64,000 nt of DNA from Adineta vaga (taxonomy: Eukaryota > Animalia > Rotifera). The number at the start of each line of letters is the position of its first letter. Position 1 is the first letter of the stretch. The notes beneath the pieces are model-generated. The model had not been told where the DNA came from and did not search any database. It saw only the letters and a program-made list of their open reading frames with translations. The stretch is from assembly GCA_021613535.1 (NCBI GenBank), contig CP075494.1, positions 5,642,001 to 5,706,000 on the forward strand, written 5' to 3'. Shown piece after piece: positions 1-12,771 of this stretch. Made by a program: the position numbers and the translations under genes.

Positions 1-1207
1 AGAGTAATTAAAACTTCAAGTGCTAAATGACGACGTGATTCTTCAAATTTTTCTTTTTCTTGCATTGTCTAAATCCCAAGAAATTCATAAAAGTAACCTT
101 CATACATATAATTTCAATACAAACTTGAAGACATAGATTGAAAATTTCATCGATTGCAGGCCGAAGATATTTTGGAATATTTTCCGCAATATCAACCAAT
201 GCTTTCAAAACGGTATCATCATCCGTATGAGTTAAACTATGTGTGACAGTCTAAAATTCATTGTTAGAGAATAAATTGAAATTGAAACTAAGTAAAGAAG
301 TCAACCTACCGAAAGAAAAGATGGTAAACAATCTCGATAGATATTCAACACTTGTGTATTATCGCAATTATGTTTAAGATAAGCAGCAAATGCTGTTGCA
401 GCTGTATAACGAACTTTAGTTTCTTGATCATTTAAACAACTCAAGAAAATTTGATGAATTATTTGAGTTAATTGTTCAGCTTGATTACCAAATATTCCTG
501 GAAAAGCTCTAAAGAAATTGTTGAATTAGGAAAACGAATGGATTATGAGAGTATTCAATTACTCAAAAATGATTAAAGATGCTTCTTTTAATGCGCTATG
601 TGGTGAATTAGCCGATTGAAAAAGAAATTCCATAATTTCTGGCCATTGTGATTGATCATTTTCATCTGAATGAAATTGAATTGTAAGAGAAAATATTCAA
701 ATCGATTTTGTAATACAATACCCATTAAATTTCTGGCTAATTCAGCAGCAACATAACAAACTTTTTTTCGAATATTTTCATCATCATCTAATTGTGTTAT
801 ACGAGTGAGCAATTCTTTTTTCAAAGCCATTTGTTGATCAGGGGAATATTTTGACCAAAAATTCTCGAAATTTGATTGAAATAATCGTCGAAGTAAAACA
901 GCAGCGAATGCTCGTAACTTGAATAAAAATGGATTGATAATCAAAGAAGATTTCTCAGACAAATTTGCACTCTTACCGGTGTACCTAATGCTAAATTTCG
1001 TAATGTTGACATTAACAAAATTGTTTTTTGTTCATCGGGTATCTCTTGATAGATTGCCTAGTAAATATGATGATTTGAAATAGAAAAGATCATTTAGTCT
1101 ATGTTTAAACAAACCTCGGCAGCTGTTCGTTTATCATTATCGGGTTGTAAACATTCTTGTAAAGTAACAAGAAATTTTTGTTCATCTGTTGTTGATTCTG
1201 TTGTCAT
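1..1207 (-). CDS. IPO5: Importin-5 (karyopherin beta-3), 5' exons; the gene runs off the window start
   Basis: Spliced translation from ATG 1207: MTTESTTDEQKFLVTLQECLQPDNDKRTAAE...RAFAAVLLRRLF...IRKKVCYVAAELARNL...KALVDIAENIPKYLRP, typical importin-5 HEAT repeats; short GT-AG introns. Confidence 0.88.
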
Positions 1208-2226
1208 TGTTGGTTGTTTTGTTATTGTTTTTTGATAAAGAAAGAAAAGATTTCTATTACAGATGATTAATAGAAAGAAAAACTTAAAAGAGAAGTATTA
1301 TCTAGAAAAAATAATTAATAAAGTAACTTATATAATACAACAAATGAATCAATGCGCCATCCAAAGAAATCCTTAGTAGTAATTATGGAATACGACCCTT
1401 TGTTTGTTACAAATGATGTCATCCAATCAAGAATAGCATTCCACTATTTTAGAACAAGTTTATAGTTTTAGAAATTATATGGGAGAAAAATTATGAGATT
1501 TAGAGAAGAAAATGTAGAAAATATTTTCGAATTTCAATTTGAAAATTCATGAATTTTTATTATTCATATCTGAGCGACATCTATCGAAAGATTTGATAGA
1601 CGATTTCATAAAACTATATTGTTTAGAAAAATGAATTTGCTTTATAATTCAGAATTTTCAATTCAATAAATCCATCACCTTGATCTTCAAGTCGCGAGCA
1701 AATGAAAGAACTATTATTATCTATCTCTTTGATTTTGAAAGCGAAATAAAATTATGGTTGTGCGACACGATACATAATGATTGAAATCTTCACCTTGAGT
1801 TTCTCATCCGACAATTATGTACGCTTCAGTTGCATAACTATACTTTTGAAATATTTCTTTAAAAGGTTATTTAGTTCTTTCTTCTTTTTTTATAAATAGA
1901 CACAAGTTGACGAGGGGTTCTTCACTTTTTAGGTATCATTTACATTAAGTTTCATTTCATTTTTTCGAGTACATATAATGTTTCTCTTCATTGCACACAA
2001 TTTACCTTCACGCAATTTCTTATTAATTATTATGCATATTGATGCGCTATATGCTAATTATTAAAACATTACCTTATCAGTAAATACACGAGACATATTT
2101 GCTGATATTCAAAGAAAAGCTGGTATATATAAACTGGTGTGCAAATATTAAAATGAAACGAAAATATTTTTCTCTATAATTGATATCAATATATCATATA
2201 CATGAATTGATCGATTGAAAAAGAAA

Positions 2227-3711
2227 ATGACTGCATATACAATCGAAACAGGTAGTTGTGAATTAAAAGAATGATGATAATATGTAAGAATTTCTATTGT
2301 TGTAGGAATTCGAAAGATGCATATTCTTGAAAATTCAAATGAATTTGAAAATGCTATTCCTGTTTCTATACGACTTATCTTTCTTCGAATCGGTATGTTT
2401 GATTTTTGTATATCTTAACCAATTTCATTTCAATTCGTACACTTTTCAGGTGAAATTGATACTCAAAAAGAAGTATTTGAAGCTCATGTTGCTATCGAAG
2501 CTCGATGGTTCTATCATTTGAAAGAAAATGAACAAGAGTTTATTTCTTCACTTTCATCTGATGATCAAGCTCAACTGAACAATGGAAAAATTGTTAAACT
2601 TCCAGAAGATTATTCTGAAAAACATTGGCATCCGCAATTATTTATTTTGAATCTTGGACGAGATCATGATAAAGAAATCAAATATAGTATGAAAAAAGTT
2701 GCCTCTTATATTGAAATACGTGAATTTCATGATCTTAATGGAAATTTTTATTCCAAATTTGATTTACATCATTTTCCAAATGATATTCAACAATTAAATA
2801 TTTCAATTGGATCAGCTTTATTTGATACGGAAGTATTATTACAAGCAGATCCTAATCGAGCATCGGGAATCAATCGTGAAGCATTTATTGATCAACAAGA
2901 ATGGAAATTATATGATCATGTTGATACACAAATTAAATTCCTCAAAGGATTTGTATTTCAAAATGATGACGATGATGAATTAGATACACCGGGACATGAA
3001 AGAAAACGTTCAATTATAATTATGGCATCTCACGCAGGTAAAAAAAAATGATTTCTTTGTTTATATAATACATCGAAATTTATAGCTCGTCGTTCATCTT
3101 ATTTCTATTGGAATGGATATTGTCTTATATTTTTAATTACATTAATTAGTTTCAGTTCATTTGCAATACCACCGAAGTAAATTATTCTCATGACAAAATG
3201 TTTTTTTTAACTTTTTGTTATTTTAGTGGTACTCAAAATCGAATTAGTATTACTTGTACACTTTTATTAACATCAATTGCATTTCGATGGACAATTAGTA
3301 AATCTTTAGTAAGCTTATTCTATTGATCGATGTAATTTATATTCTCTCTTCTAGCCGACTATATCATATTTAACGACTATTGATCGATATGCAATTGTAT
3401 CTTTAGTTGTTTTACTTAGTCTTTGTGCATGGCATGCTATCGTTGGTAGTATTGTTTATATTCATGATCGTTATGATGCTTTAAATGCAGATTCACGATG
3501 GGCATGGCTTGATCGAGCAATTTTCTTTGCTTTTCTTGGTTTATATATGATTATACATATAGCAATGGGATTATGGCAGTGGCGTGTACCATTTCGAAAA
3601 CGTAATGAAATGAAACAACTTGATGATCGATATAAACAAATAGTTGAAAAACAACGAACTCGTCGTCAATCATTGTATAGTACAAATAAAGATGTTGATC
3701 AATTAGTTTGA
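2227..3711 (+). CDS. Cys-less (Pro-loop) pentameric ligand-gated ion channel subunit, multi-exon
   Basis: Spliced product has V.IRLIFLRIGEIDTQKEVFEAHV.IEARW (beta1-2), WHPQLFILN (loop A), FDLHHFPNDIQQLNISI (Pro-loop without Cys), ARRSSYFYWN (pre-M1), M2 NRISITCTLLLTSIAF, LPTISYLTTIDRY (M2-M3) and M4; TGA at 3709-3711. Confidence 0.85.
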
Positions 3712-3929
3712 TTTTGTAGACATGAAATTTTTATGAAAAATATATTCGTTTATTAATTAATTAACACAATCTTAATTTGTTTTTTTTCAACGGTTATACA
3801 AATAAATATAGAAAAAAAGATGAATAGAGGATTCTATACAAACTGTTCACACGAATTTCCATAATAAATATTATTATATGATTTGTGTGTATGTCTATAA
3901 TATTAACAGATTTTCTTTGAATTTCTCAA

Positions 3930-4508
3930 TTAAGTATACATCAATTCAGCTGCACCTGATAAAGATTTTGGTAAATAAAGAAAATCATCAAGATACGCAG
4001 CTAATTCTTCAACATTACATGAATTAGCTGATGATCGTCGTGTATCAACGATTGTACATGATAATTGAGATTGAGAATTCGACGATGAATTCATTTCTTC
4101 TTTATTAACTGATGGAAGATTTGATTTTGTATGTAAGATTGTTATATTAGGAGTTGAATAACGACGAGTTTTAGGAAGATTATATGTTGATAATGAACGA
4201 AATTGATTTAAGAATGATGATGGAAGAGACAAACGCATTGATAATGTTCGATATGTTGATGAAAGTAGAGTAAGATTTTCATTATCATTGAAATTTGTTT
4301 TATTATGTAAACGTTTTAGACGTGTTGAACGAAATGTTTTGATTTGTGTTGATGGTACTGATTGGAATTTCGATGGAGACAATGATTTCAGACCAAATGT
4401 AATTTCATCAATTAAATTACATAACTGATCAATATCAGGAACAGATGATGAGAATTTTTTCGAATTTATTATTTGTTCTTCTGCTTTTACTTTATCAAAT
4501 TGATCCAT
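3930..4508 (-). CDS. OSER1: Oxidative stress-responsive serine-rich protein 1-like (DUF776)
   Basis: Ser-rich ORF ending VEELAAYLDDFLYLPKSLSGAAELMYT, matching the recalled OSER1 C-terminal motif ([27 protein letters not shown]). Confidence 0.75.
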   Translation of the reverse strand: MDQFDKVKAEEQIINSKKFSSSVPDIDQLCNLIDEITFGLKSLSPSKFQSVPSTQIKTFRSTRLKRLHNKTNFNDNENLTLLSSTYRTLSMRLSLPSSFLNQFRSLSTYNLPKTRRYSTPNITILHTKSNLPSVNKEEMNSSSNSQSQLSCTIVDTRRSSANSCNVEELAAYLDDFLYLPKSLSGAAELMYT

Positions 4509-5073
4509 TTCAACATTGATTTAAGATTCTAAATATAAAGCATTAGAAGAAATAAGTATATCGAATCTTGTACGTTTATCTAAAAAGAGAAAAAAAATCA
4601 ATAGACAATGTGGGATATTGAAATATATATGAAATGATTCATCAAAAACTCGTGCAGAGTCGACGACATATGTAATATACATTTGTCTCCTCTATTTTTA
4701 GTTTTACTTGAAGATCAAAAAAGATTTTTTCAAATAAAAACATTTCACATTTTAATGATAGATTATTCATTTGTTCTCATAGATGAATAGGTTGTATAAA
4801 TAACAAAGATGTCGATACTAATCGAATTTTAGATGAAAATAGATCATTGGTTGTAACTAACCAATGAATCTACTTGAAAGATTGTCCTTCGATTTTTCAA
4901 TAAAGAAATCATCTAAATCTGAAGTAATATACAAATACTTTGAGAACAATTGAAAGAAAATTTTATGTTTAGAAAAATTCACATGTACGTTTATATTATT
5001 GTACAAGAAGAATAAAAATGAAAAGAAAAAAAAAACTATTACAAATATGGAAAATATTAATTTTAAATTAGAG

Positions 5074-5478
5074 TTAATTTAAACTTGATTGACTTGTACT
5101 TTCATCATCAACCATCATTTGAGTATCTTGTGTAGAAATCGATAGACTTTCTGGTTCTGGTTGTATTTGTTGTTGTTCTTGATTTTGATCCTTATTGATT
5201 AAAGATATGTTTGCAATTTTATTAAGAACATTTTGTGAAGTAGCTGGTGCTGGCATCCATTTATGAACACGCATCGATGTTTCATGAATAGTTACCCATC
5301 GTTTTTCCCATTTTTTTACAGCTTGTGATGTATAAGAATTATGAAGAGCTCGTTTAAGATCCGGATCATTTCCATGATGAATTTTACCTGCATAAACACC
5401 GCTACTATTGTAACGAGTGGATGTACCACTTGTTAATGATCCGCCACGGGCTTCACTTCGAAGACGAGGTGCAATCAT
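5074..5478 (-). CDS. BCL7: BCL7-like SWI/SNF (BAF) subunit
   Basis: RLRSEAR...DLKRAL...AVKKWEKRWVTIHETSMRVHKWMP corresponds to the BCL7 N-terminal domain ([39 protein letters not shown]). Confidence 0.85.
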   Translation of the reverse strand: MIAPRLRSEARGGSLTSGTSTRYNSSGVYAGKIHHGNDPDLKRALHNSYTSQAVKKWEKRWVTIHETSMRVHKWMPAPATSQNVLNKIANISLINKDQNQEQQQIQPEPESLSISTQDTQMMVDDESTSQSSLN

Positions 5479-7692
5479 GTAATCTACAAAAAGAAGAAAA
5501 TGAATTTAGTTTATTAATTCTATGCTGAACAGACAGACAGTTGATCATATAATACGTACATCTTTTTTCAATTCTTATTTGTACAAATGTAAGTGCACGA
5601 TCATATTTAGAAATCGTTTGATACGAAAAAGAAACTTCCAACAAAATTTTTGTTCTTTTATAGATGTCACTCTTATCATTTCAAATATGATTCTTTTTTT
5701 ATAATCCATTCTCAAGTTTTCAAGATCATTCTGTCTATGTCAACGCTATCAGCTGTGATTTATCGAGCAACACAAGTCTTATAAAAATTATGTCTTTCAG
5801 ATTATACGTATACATTTCTAATGACAACGATTTTTCGTACATTTTCTCGAATCAATTAATGTGTTAGTCTTGAATTATCGGAAGTATATGCATAATATTT
5901 CTTTTCATATGTATATATTCTATTAAATTTCATCAAATATTTTGACATTTAATAGAAACGAAAAGAAGGTTGCCAACAATATCCTCTCTGATTCACTTGT
6001 CAAACTAAATTCTAAAGGTCGTACACTTCTTACGGCTGCTCTTTTTCGAGTATCATTTCTTGTTTAGTGATTTCAACATACATGAGATGAAATATATTTA
6101 CTTTTCTTGTTATGATTGATTAGAATTTCTCGTTCTCTCCTTGCTTTTGTATTCTTGTTGATCTATGAAATGTAAATTTTGTGTTAGAATAAAGACAAAT
6201 CTCAATTAGAACAATAACGATCTAAAGAAAAAGAAAACTTGTCTGATAATGATAATGATGATCACTAATAACAACCAGTTATTCACGTGGTTAAAGAAAA
6301 GTCGAGAAAAAAATGATATAATTTTTCGTCCTTTAAAAAGAAAAAAAAAGTACCATGGTTAGATTTTTTTATTAGTTGTTATTTTTTTTCTCTTTCTGCA
6401 CCATTTATATCGTCTACTTGAGTGTAAGCAGTCGTCTACATAAAAAAAAATGTCTCTGATATTAAATGACTAAGACGACGTTACCGCATACACATGCCAA
6501 TTAGGTTCGTTTTTCTATTCAGGTAGTAACATTGTGCTACAAACCGCAGCAGCAGCAGGCGACCTTGAAAAACATAGCAAACTTTGTCAAATAATATTTG
6601 CTCTCCTGCAAACGTACGCCAACATCTACGGCAAAGGCCAAATCTTTTGATCAACACCAGAAAAGGTGGTCGATAAGAAAGCAACAAGAAAAAAAAGTCG
6701 AATCTACAGTATAACTTGGAATTATACTAAGATAAAGGTGTACAAAAGAAAAGGTAATGTCACATATTTCTAATCAAGAAGTTCTTCAAAAGTGTAGTCA
6801 ATCATCATGACTATGCGTATCTTTCTCTCATCATATACTTCGTATTATATCCATAAGAATTGCAATTAAACATGTTTGATTAGTCAATCAATAAAAACCT
6901 TCTTCACTGATTCATGCATATGTCCTTACTATACACGGCAACATCACTTAAGTACGAGAGAAAAAAATGTCCTTTTTTCACTTCAATTTCTTTTACTATA
7001 TAAACATACTTTTAAATTGCTTGAAATATAGTTTTTCTTTTTATCTTGATTCTTCTATACATTTACAGGGATCAAGGAAGAGAGTATGTTACGTTAAATC
7101 ATTTTTTTTCCTTCTGAGATTTGCTTACTTAACGCCTACATGTCATTTATAATCGAGTTTTGAAGTATTAGAGAAGAAGAAAGCGAGATACTACAACATA
7201 CAGGTGATACTGAAAACATATAAGAGAAAAAAGAGCAATATATATATTTTGATTTTTACTAACAAAATAATCAGATGGTGAATGTTAGATCACTGTAATA
7301 TTATTGCTATTTTTTTTTATATTGTTATTGTCAATGTCATAAATTTTCACACTTATCTTTTCATACAATTTATCTCGCTAATGCAAATTTTCTTGTTAAC
7401 TTTTTCTTCTGTACATATCGGAAATAGTTGCAAATATAAAATCACTTTTTTTTCTCTTATTTTTTACGTCTAATTTTGTTAATTACACTATCATTTGTTT
7501 CGCTCTGGTAATTTCTACACAGGTTATATCAAGCAGAAACTCAAATGAGTTTCGACCGATTACTATATGACATAATACGTATTTTATCCTTGTTCTTTCA
7601 ATAGTAGAAAATAAGTATAATATTTATCCATTGAAACATGAGTTTCTTCTGTCTAAAACATGAACATCATATTCATTTTCCGTTTATTTTAG

Positions 7693-9633
7693 ATGGCAAC
7701 TGCAAATCGACAGTATGGACGTCAAGCAACACGTACTACTAACAATACAAACAATATTGGTTCAGATTCGGGCGTAGCATTATCACCTTCATCGACTGGT
7801 TCAATCTCGACGCCACCTCGTCGATATGTTCTCGATGTGCCAACTGGCCGTACAAGACGTTCATCAAATAATCGAATCACTGATGAATACGATGAAACTA
7901 ATACACATCGTTCAAGTCGAACTGATAGTGGTCAAATTACATATTCCAATGTTGTGACAACAGATATAAATAATGAAAATAGTGAACAATTATCACGATC
8001 GGATTCGAGAGAATATTATTATCAAGATGGAGCTTTTGAATCATCAGGATCGATATCAAATCGTTATGGAGAAGATTCTACTTTTAGACATTTAATTGAT
8101 TCCAATACAGCTATCGAAGATCAAGAAGTTCAAGCGTTAACAGCAAAAGCAACACCGGATGTGAAGAATTATCCAATTAATGTCGATGCTAATCCAGAAA
8201 TGATTGTTCGACCAAATACACAACGTTTAACATATACGCAAGATATTGCTGTTCGATATTTAAAACCAAGTACACCACCACCTCCAGGAGTATGCTATTC
8301 ATTCAATCCTATCATAGAATTTCCGCCCAACTCTCTCTTTTCTCCTATATTTTAGCCTATTATTATTCGTGAAGTTCGAGCACCACCTCCACCACCAGCT
8401 CCTCCTATCATTCTTCGTCAACGTCCACCACCACCGCGTACACCTTCACCTGTAATCATTCGTGAAAAGCCGCCTGCTCGACCAAAATCTGTAGCAACAA
8501 CTGTTATCAAAAGTAAAATAAAGATCGTTGGTTTTTTTCTCTAAAATAACATTGAAATTGATTGTTTCTTCAGAGGTTATTCCACCACCTGCACCACCAC
8601 CACGTAAATTAATCATTGAACGTCTACCTAAATTACCACCAAAACCACGTCCTGTTATTATTGAACGTTGGCTTCCATATCATAAACAAAAACGTCAAGT
8701 TATTCATGAAAAAGCAAAACCATTAGAACCAATGAGTCGTATAAAAAATACGATCATTGAATGGCGTCCACCTGAAGTTGAAGTTGTTAAACATGTGAAA
8801 AAATTAGGAGTTTCACAAGCTGATCCTCAACGATATTATACACAACATGGAGATAAATTATATACAACAGAATTTGTTCAACGTAAATTAACTGAATTAG
8901 GTTTACAAGAAGAATTATCTTTAATGCAAGAACAACGAACATCCGTTGCCCGAGAAGATATAGAAGTTGAACAATCAAATGAACAGAACGTTCGACAAAT
9001 TCTCAATGGGTAAAAGAAAATCTCCTCGATGAATCTTTTAATTCATTAATTTTTTATTTCATTCAAAGTTATAATTATTCATCATCAGCATATCGTCCGA
9101 GTTATTCAAATAATACAGTAACACGTCTCATTCAATCATCATCATCATCTCAAGCAGGTATCGTTGATGATTATGGTGATCAACAACAGATTCTTTATGA
9201 ACGTTCACCAAATAGTTCATCATCATTTGTTTATGAAACGAATAATTATGCAGGGGAAAATGTTACATCCAATGCTCCTGTTCTTACCGAAGAAATACTT
9301 TTACGATCCTATTCAAATAATGATGGTAAATTTCCAAATCATTTATTACGAAAACTTGGTTCACAAGCTTACGACATGGCAGCTGATCAAGTTGATTTAG
9401 CAAATAATGGACGACGAATTACAACAACAACAACAACACGTTATTATACCGCTGCACCAGGTGAATTAAATTATGAATCTGCTATTGATGAAAATAATGA
9501 AACTTCATCTCAAAATGCTGGAGAGAAATATGTAAAAATAAAAGCATCTGATTTAAAAGATGTTTTACATAATTATGACGTTTATTCAAGTACGACAGGC
9601 GAAAAATTAGAAGGTGAACAATTAAATTTTTAA
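7693..9633 (+). CDS. Uncharacterised low-complexity protein with repeated (I/V)II(R/E)-polyproline motifs, multi-exon
   Basis: ORF pieces joined by short introns (e.g. 8290-8355). Core: PIIIREVRAPPPPAPPIILRQRPPPPRTPSPVIIREKPP...PPRKLIIERLPKLPPKPRPVIIERWLPY. Start codon uncertain. Confidence 0.7.
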
Positions 9634-10028
9634 AAATAACTTTGATTATAACAAATTTCTCTACGTTGTTTTTTTTAAAAGTTAGTAGTGTTTAATCTGC
9701 TTTTTAGTTTATTTCAAACTAGCCTACGTGCTATGTATCCCGAGTAATGTGTGTGTGTGTTCTTCTTTTTGTGTATATAATATAGAAAATTCTTTCTCTC
9801 GAGAATAAATCCTTTTCTTTCTAAAATAAATCGATCAAAAAATCATTTTCAAGTACAGATTTGATGTATAAAGTTAATGTTAACATATTATCTTAAGTAA
9901 ATACAAAAAAAAAGTTAACAACTTCATCGAACATTGAAAGCAAATAGAACACTTGTACAAATCTCATGTTGGTCTTTTTTTGAGTTAGAAATGTTTTATT
10001 ACTATTAAAAGTACATATATTTCTATTC

Positions 10029-10487
10029 ATGCCAAGAATTAGTCCAGTTCATATTACGACACAACCAGTGATTGAAGATATTTCGAATAGCTTTGGAATT
10101 TTAGGAAATGAAGATTTTCTATACAAATGGACATATCAAACGAAAAGTTGTGGACGTACAACAACGTTTGATACAGCATTAAGTCACGTACGTTTACTTC
10201 TTCATTCCGAAACCAGCGGATATTGTACACGAAATCGTGAAGATATTTCGATTATTTTACGTGATATTGCAGATATACGTGAATCAAGACGAACTCATCG
10301 TTGCTGCTGTTTGTTATGTACATGTTGTAAAAATTGTCGTCCTATACCGAAACTTTTGGAAGTACGTGGTACATTTGGTTCTCATCGATTTATGATTCCA
10401 GAAGAAGATGTATCATTTTTACAAGATGAAATGTCTGTCTTAGTTGGAAATTATAAATTTGTTAGTCATGAAATTAAATATAAATAA
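10029..10487 (+). CDS. Hypothetical 152-aa protein with a Cys cluster (CCCLLCTCCKNC)
   Basis: Single clean ATG-to-stop ORF with coding-like composition; no family recognised. Confidence 0.6.
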   Translation: MPRISPVHITTQPVIEDISNSFGILGNEDFLYKWTYQTKSCGRTTTFDTALSHVRLLLHSETSGYCTRNREDISIILRDIADIRESRRTHRCCCLLCTCCKNCRPIPKLLEVRGTFGSHRFMIPEEDVSFLQDEMSVLVGNYKFVSHEIKYK

Positions 10488-11285
10488 TTTTTTGTTTTGT
10501 TTTCGATGATTTATGGTTTAATACAATGATAAATTTCTTCTCATTTACCGTATTGATTGATCTTTTATATATTTTTGTTGAATGCATGATGTGTCATTCG
10601 ATATACATATATCTATTTGACATTTCTTTTTTATTTATCATCGTCATTATTCATTTTGAATCTATATTCCATAAAGAATGAATCATTCAAAATATCATAC
10701 AAAGAACAAACAAAAGGCGATGAACTCAATCTGTCGTAAAGGAGAAAAGATATCGAATAGATAGGACTATCATTCTTATTATCTTTCTCTCAAATATCTC
10801 TCATACATTTGTTCATTTCATCGATGATATATACATATAGACATTCTTTTTTTCGATTAACTTTTACGTAGAGCTCAAATTTAACATGAGATCGTATGTG
10901 ATAAGACTATGATACACATACTTCATACAAAGACAGACGGAGAATTGTTCATTCCTCTTTCTCTCTCATCAATCGATAAGTAAGTGTATGTATATCTATA
11001 GACAAATCGACACCGACAATGACAGCATATGTTCGATTGTTTTACATCATTTTGAACAACAAAAGAGTTCTTATTTGAATACATACTTTCATATTGACTA
11101 AATAAACGAATAACAATCATATTACAAATTTCAATAGAAAAAATGTTTGTAAGTATATTCTTTTCAATATGATTATCCCCTAAAGATATGTAGACGAATA
11201 TATATATATATATATCAGTTGTTGATCTACGATATTTACTGTTCACCTTCAGGGTGATTAGATACTTAGATGATTTCTCTCAAGA

Positions 11286-12373
11286 ATGAATGACCATGTG
11301 TTATTCATTGATATATTAGGTTGACCATTGAATGACTATATGATTTTGTGTTTTAGAGATGTTGAAAACATGAACGGACAAGAAAATCAACGTTCTCATT
11401 TTCTTAGATCTCGATTCCTTCCTTCGGATACATTTATTTCCTCATTACGTCAATTATTTTCTATTCTTGATAAGACCAATTGTGGTTATGTTTCATTTGA
11501 TCTTTTCAAACGTTATTTTGATTGTTCATCTTCAACATTAGATTTCTTAAATGAATTAGAAATTGAATCTAAATCAAATAATTATTATATCACATTTAAT
11601 TTACTTCTCAATGTTATTCAACGAACATTATCAACAACAAAACAACCACCATCTATTCAAATTTCGAAATCCAAACATTCATTCGTATCAATCGAACAAG
11701 AAATTCCGATTATGTATCGTAATAGTAATGTCTTCAATTCCAGACATCAAAGAAAAAGTTCTTCTCGACTTAACTCAACTGATTTTTCTATGGTTTGAAT
11801 TACAATCAATCGATTTATATAACCTTTAAATGCATATTTAGATTCGATCATACAAACAATATGAACTTGAACGTAATCTTCTTCTTCAAACATGCGATAC
11901 ACTTGATCGTGTAAAATCTTATCTAACTGATCGACTTGTTGATATGAAAGAGAAACAAAAATCTTATTGTCAACATTTAACAACTGCAGAAGTTTGTTAT
12001 TCGAAAAAGAATTTCTTATTTTCATTCTTCAACTCTTTTATAGATAGCAGGTTTTGCACCAGAATCCATGTATAATCGTGATTTAATTGCTGATCTATTC
12101 AAATTAGCATATACAGTTCTTTTGGATGTGAACTATGATTTCAAAGTAATCGTTTTTCTTGTTAAAACTTTTGAATTTATTTGTAATTTGTTTTAGAAAT
12201 CATTCGATCATTCATCCTCGAGTTCATCATCATGTTCATCAATTCATGGAAAAGAATTGAAAGACAAAGATAATTATATAAAACGATTAGAAACAGAAAA
12301 ACGTGTTCTACTCAAAGAATTAATTGAAATGAAACAACAATATGGAACAAGTATTCCCATACAAATCTCATAA
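11286..12373 (+). CDS. Suppressor APC domain-containing protein (SAPCD2-like), multi-exon
   Basis: N-terminal LPSDTFISSLRQLFSILDKTNCGYV resembles the SAPCD LP.AFL.SLRTLFDILD motif; C-terminal coiled coil IKRLETEKRVLLKELIEMK; TAA at 12371-12373. Start is either 11286 or 11370. Confidence 0.7.
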
Positions 12374-12771
12374 AAGACGTCAAATACATTCAGTAGCTCA
12401 GAAAGATCTTATTAGCAATGTGTTGTGTTGTACTAATTCTTCAAGAATTTTTTCTTATTTGTTACAAAAAATAAGTTGTTTTCATTTCAAATAATCGTAC
12501 TGTTTTTTGAAAGTATTTTCAAGTAGAGTCCATTCGTTTGAAATAAAAGAAAGCAAATATCATTTATTGTTTGCATGTTGTATACTCTCATTTTTTTCAT
12601 AACCGAATTAAATAAAAAACATCAACTTTCAAGAAATCATTCAACAAACATAATCAAATTCTATGATGAATAAAATAAACCATTCAGATGACTCAATTGC
12701 TAAAAGAAAAAACAAGAACGAAATCAGTTTTTAGGTAGCAGTCATTATTTGAAAATTCAAAACATTGAATC

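Noticed and set aside
805-812. miR-87 seed-complementary site in the IPO5 coding strand (another at 25218 in the receptor CDS)
   Set aside because: 7-8-mers inside coding sequence are expected by chance; they are not in 3' UTRs.
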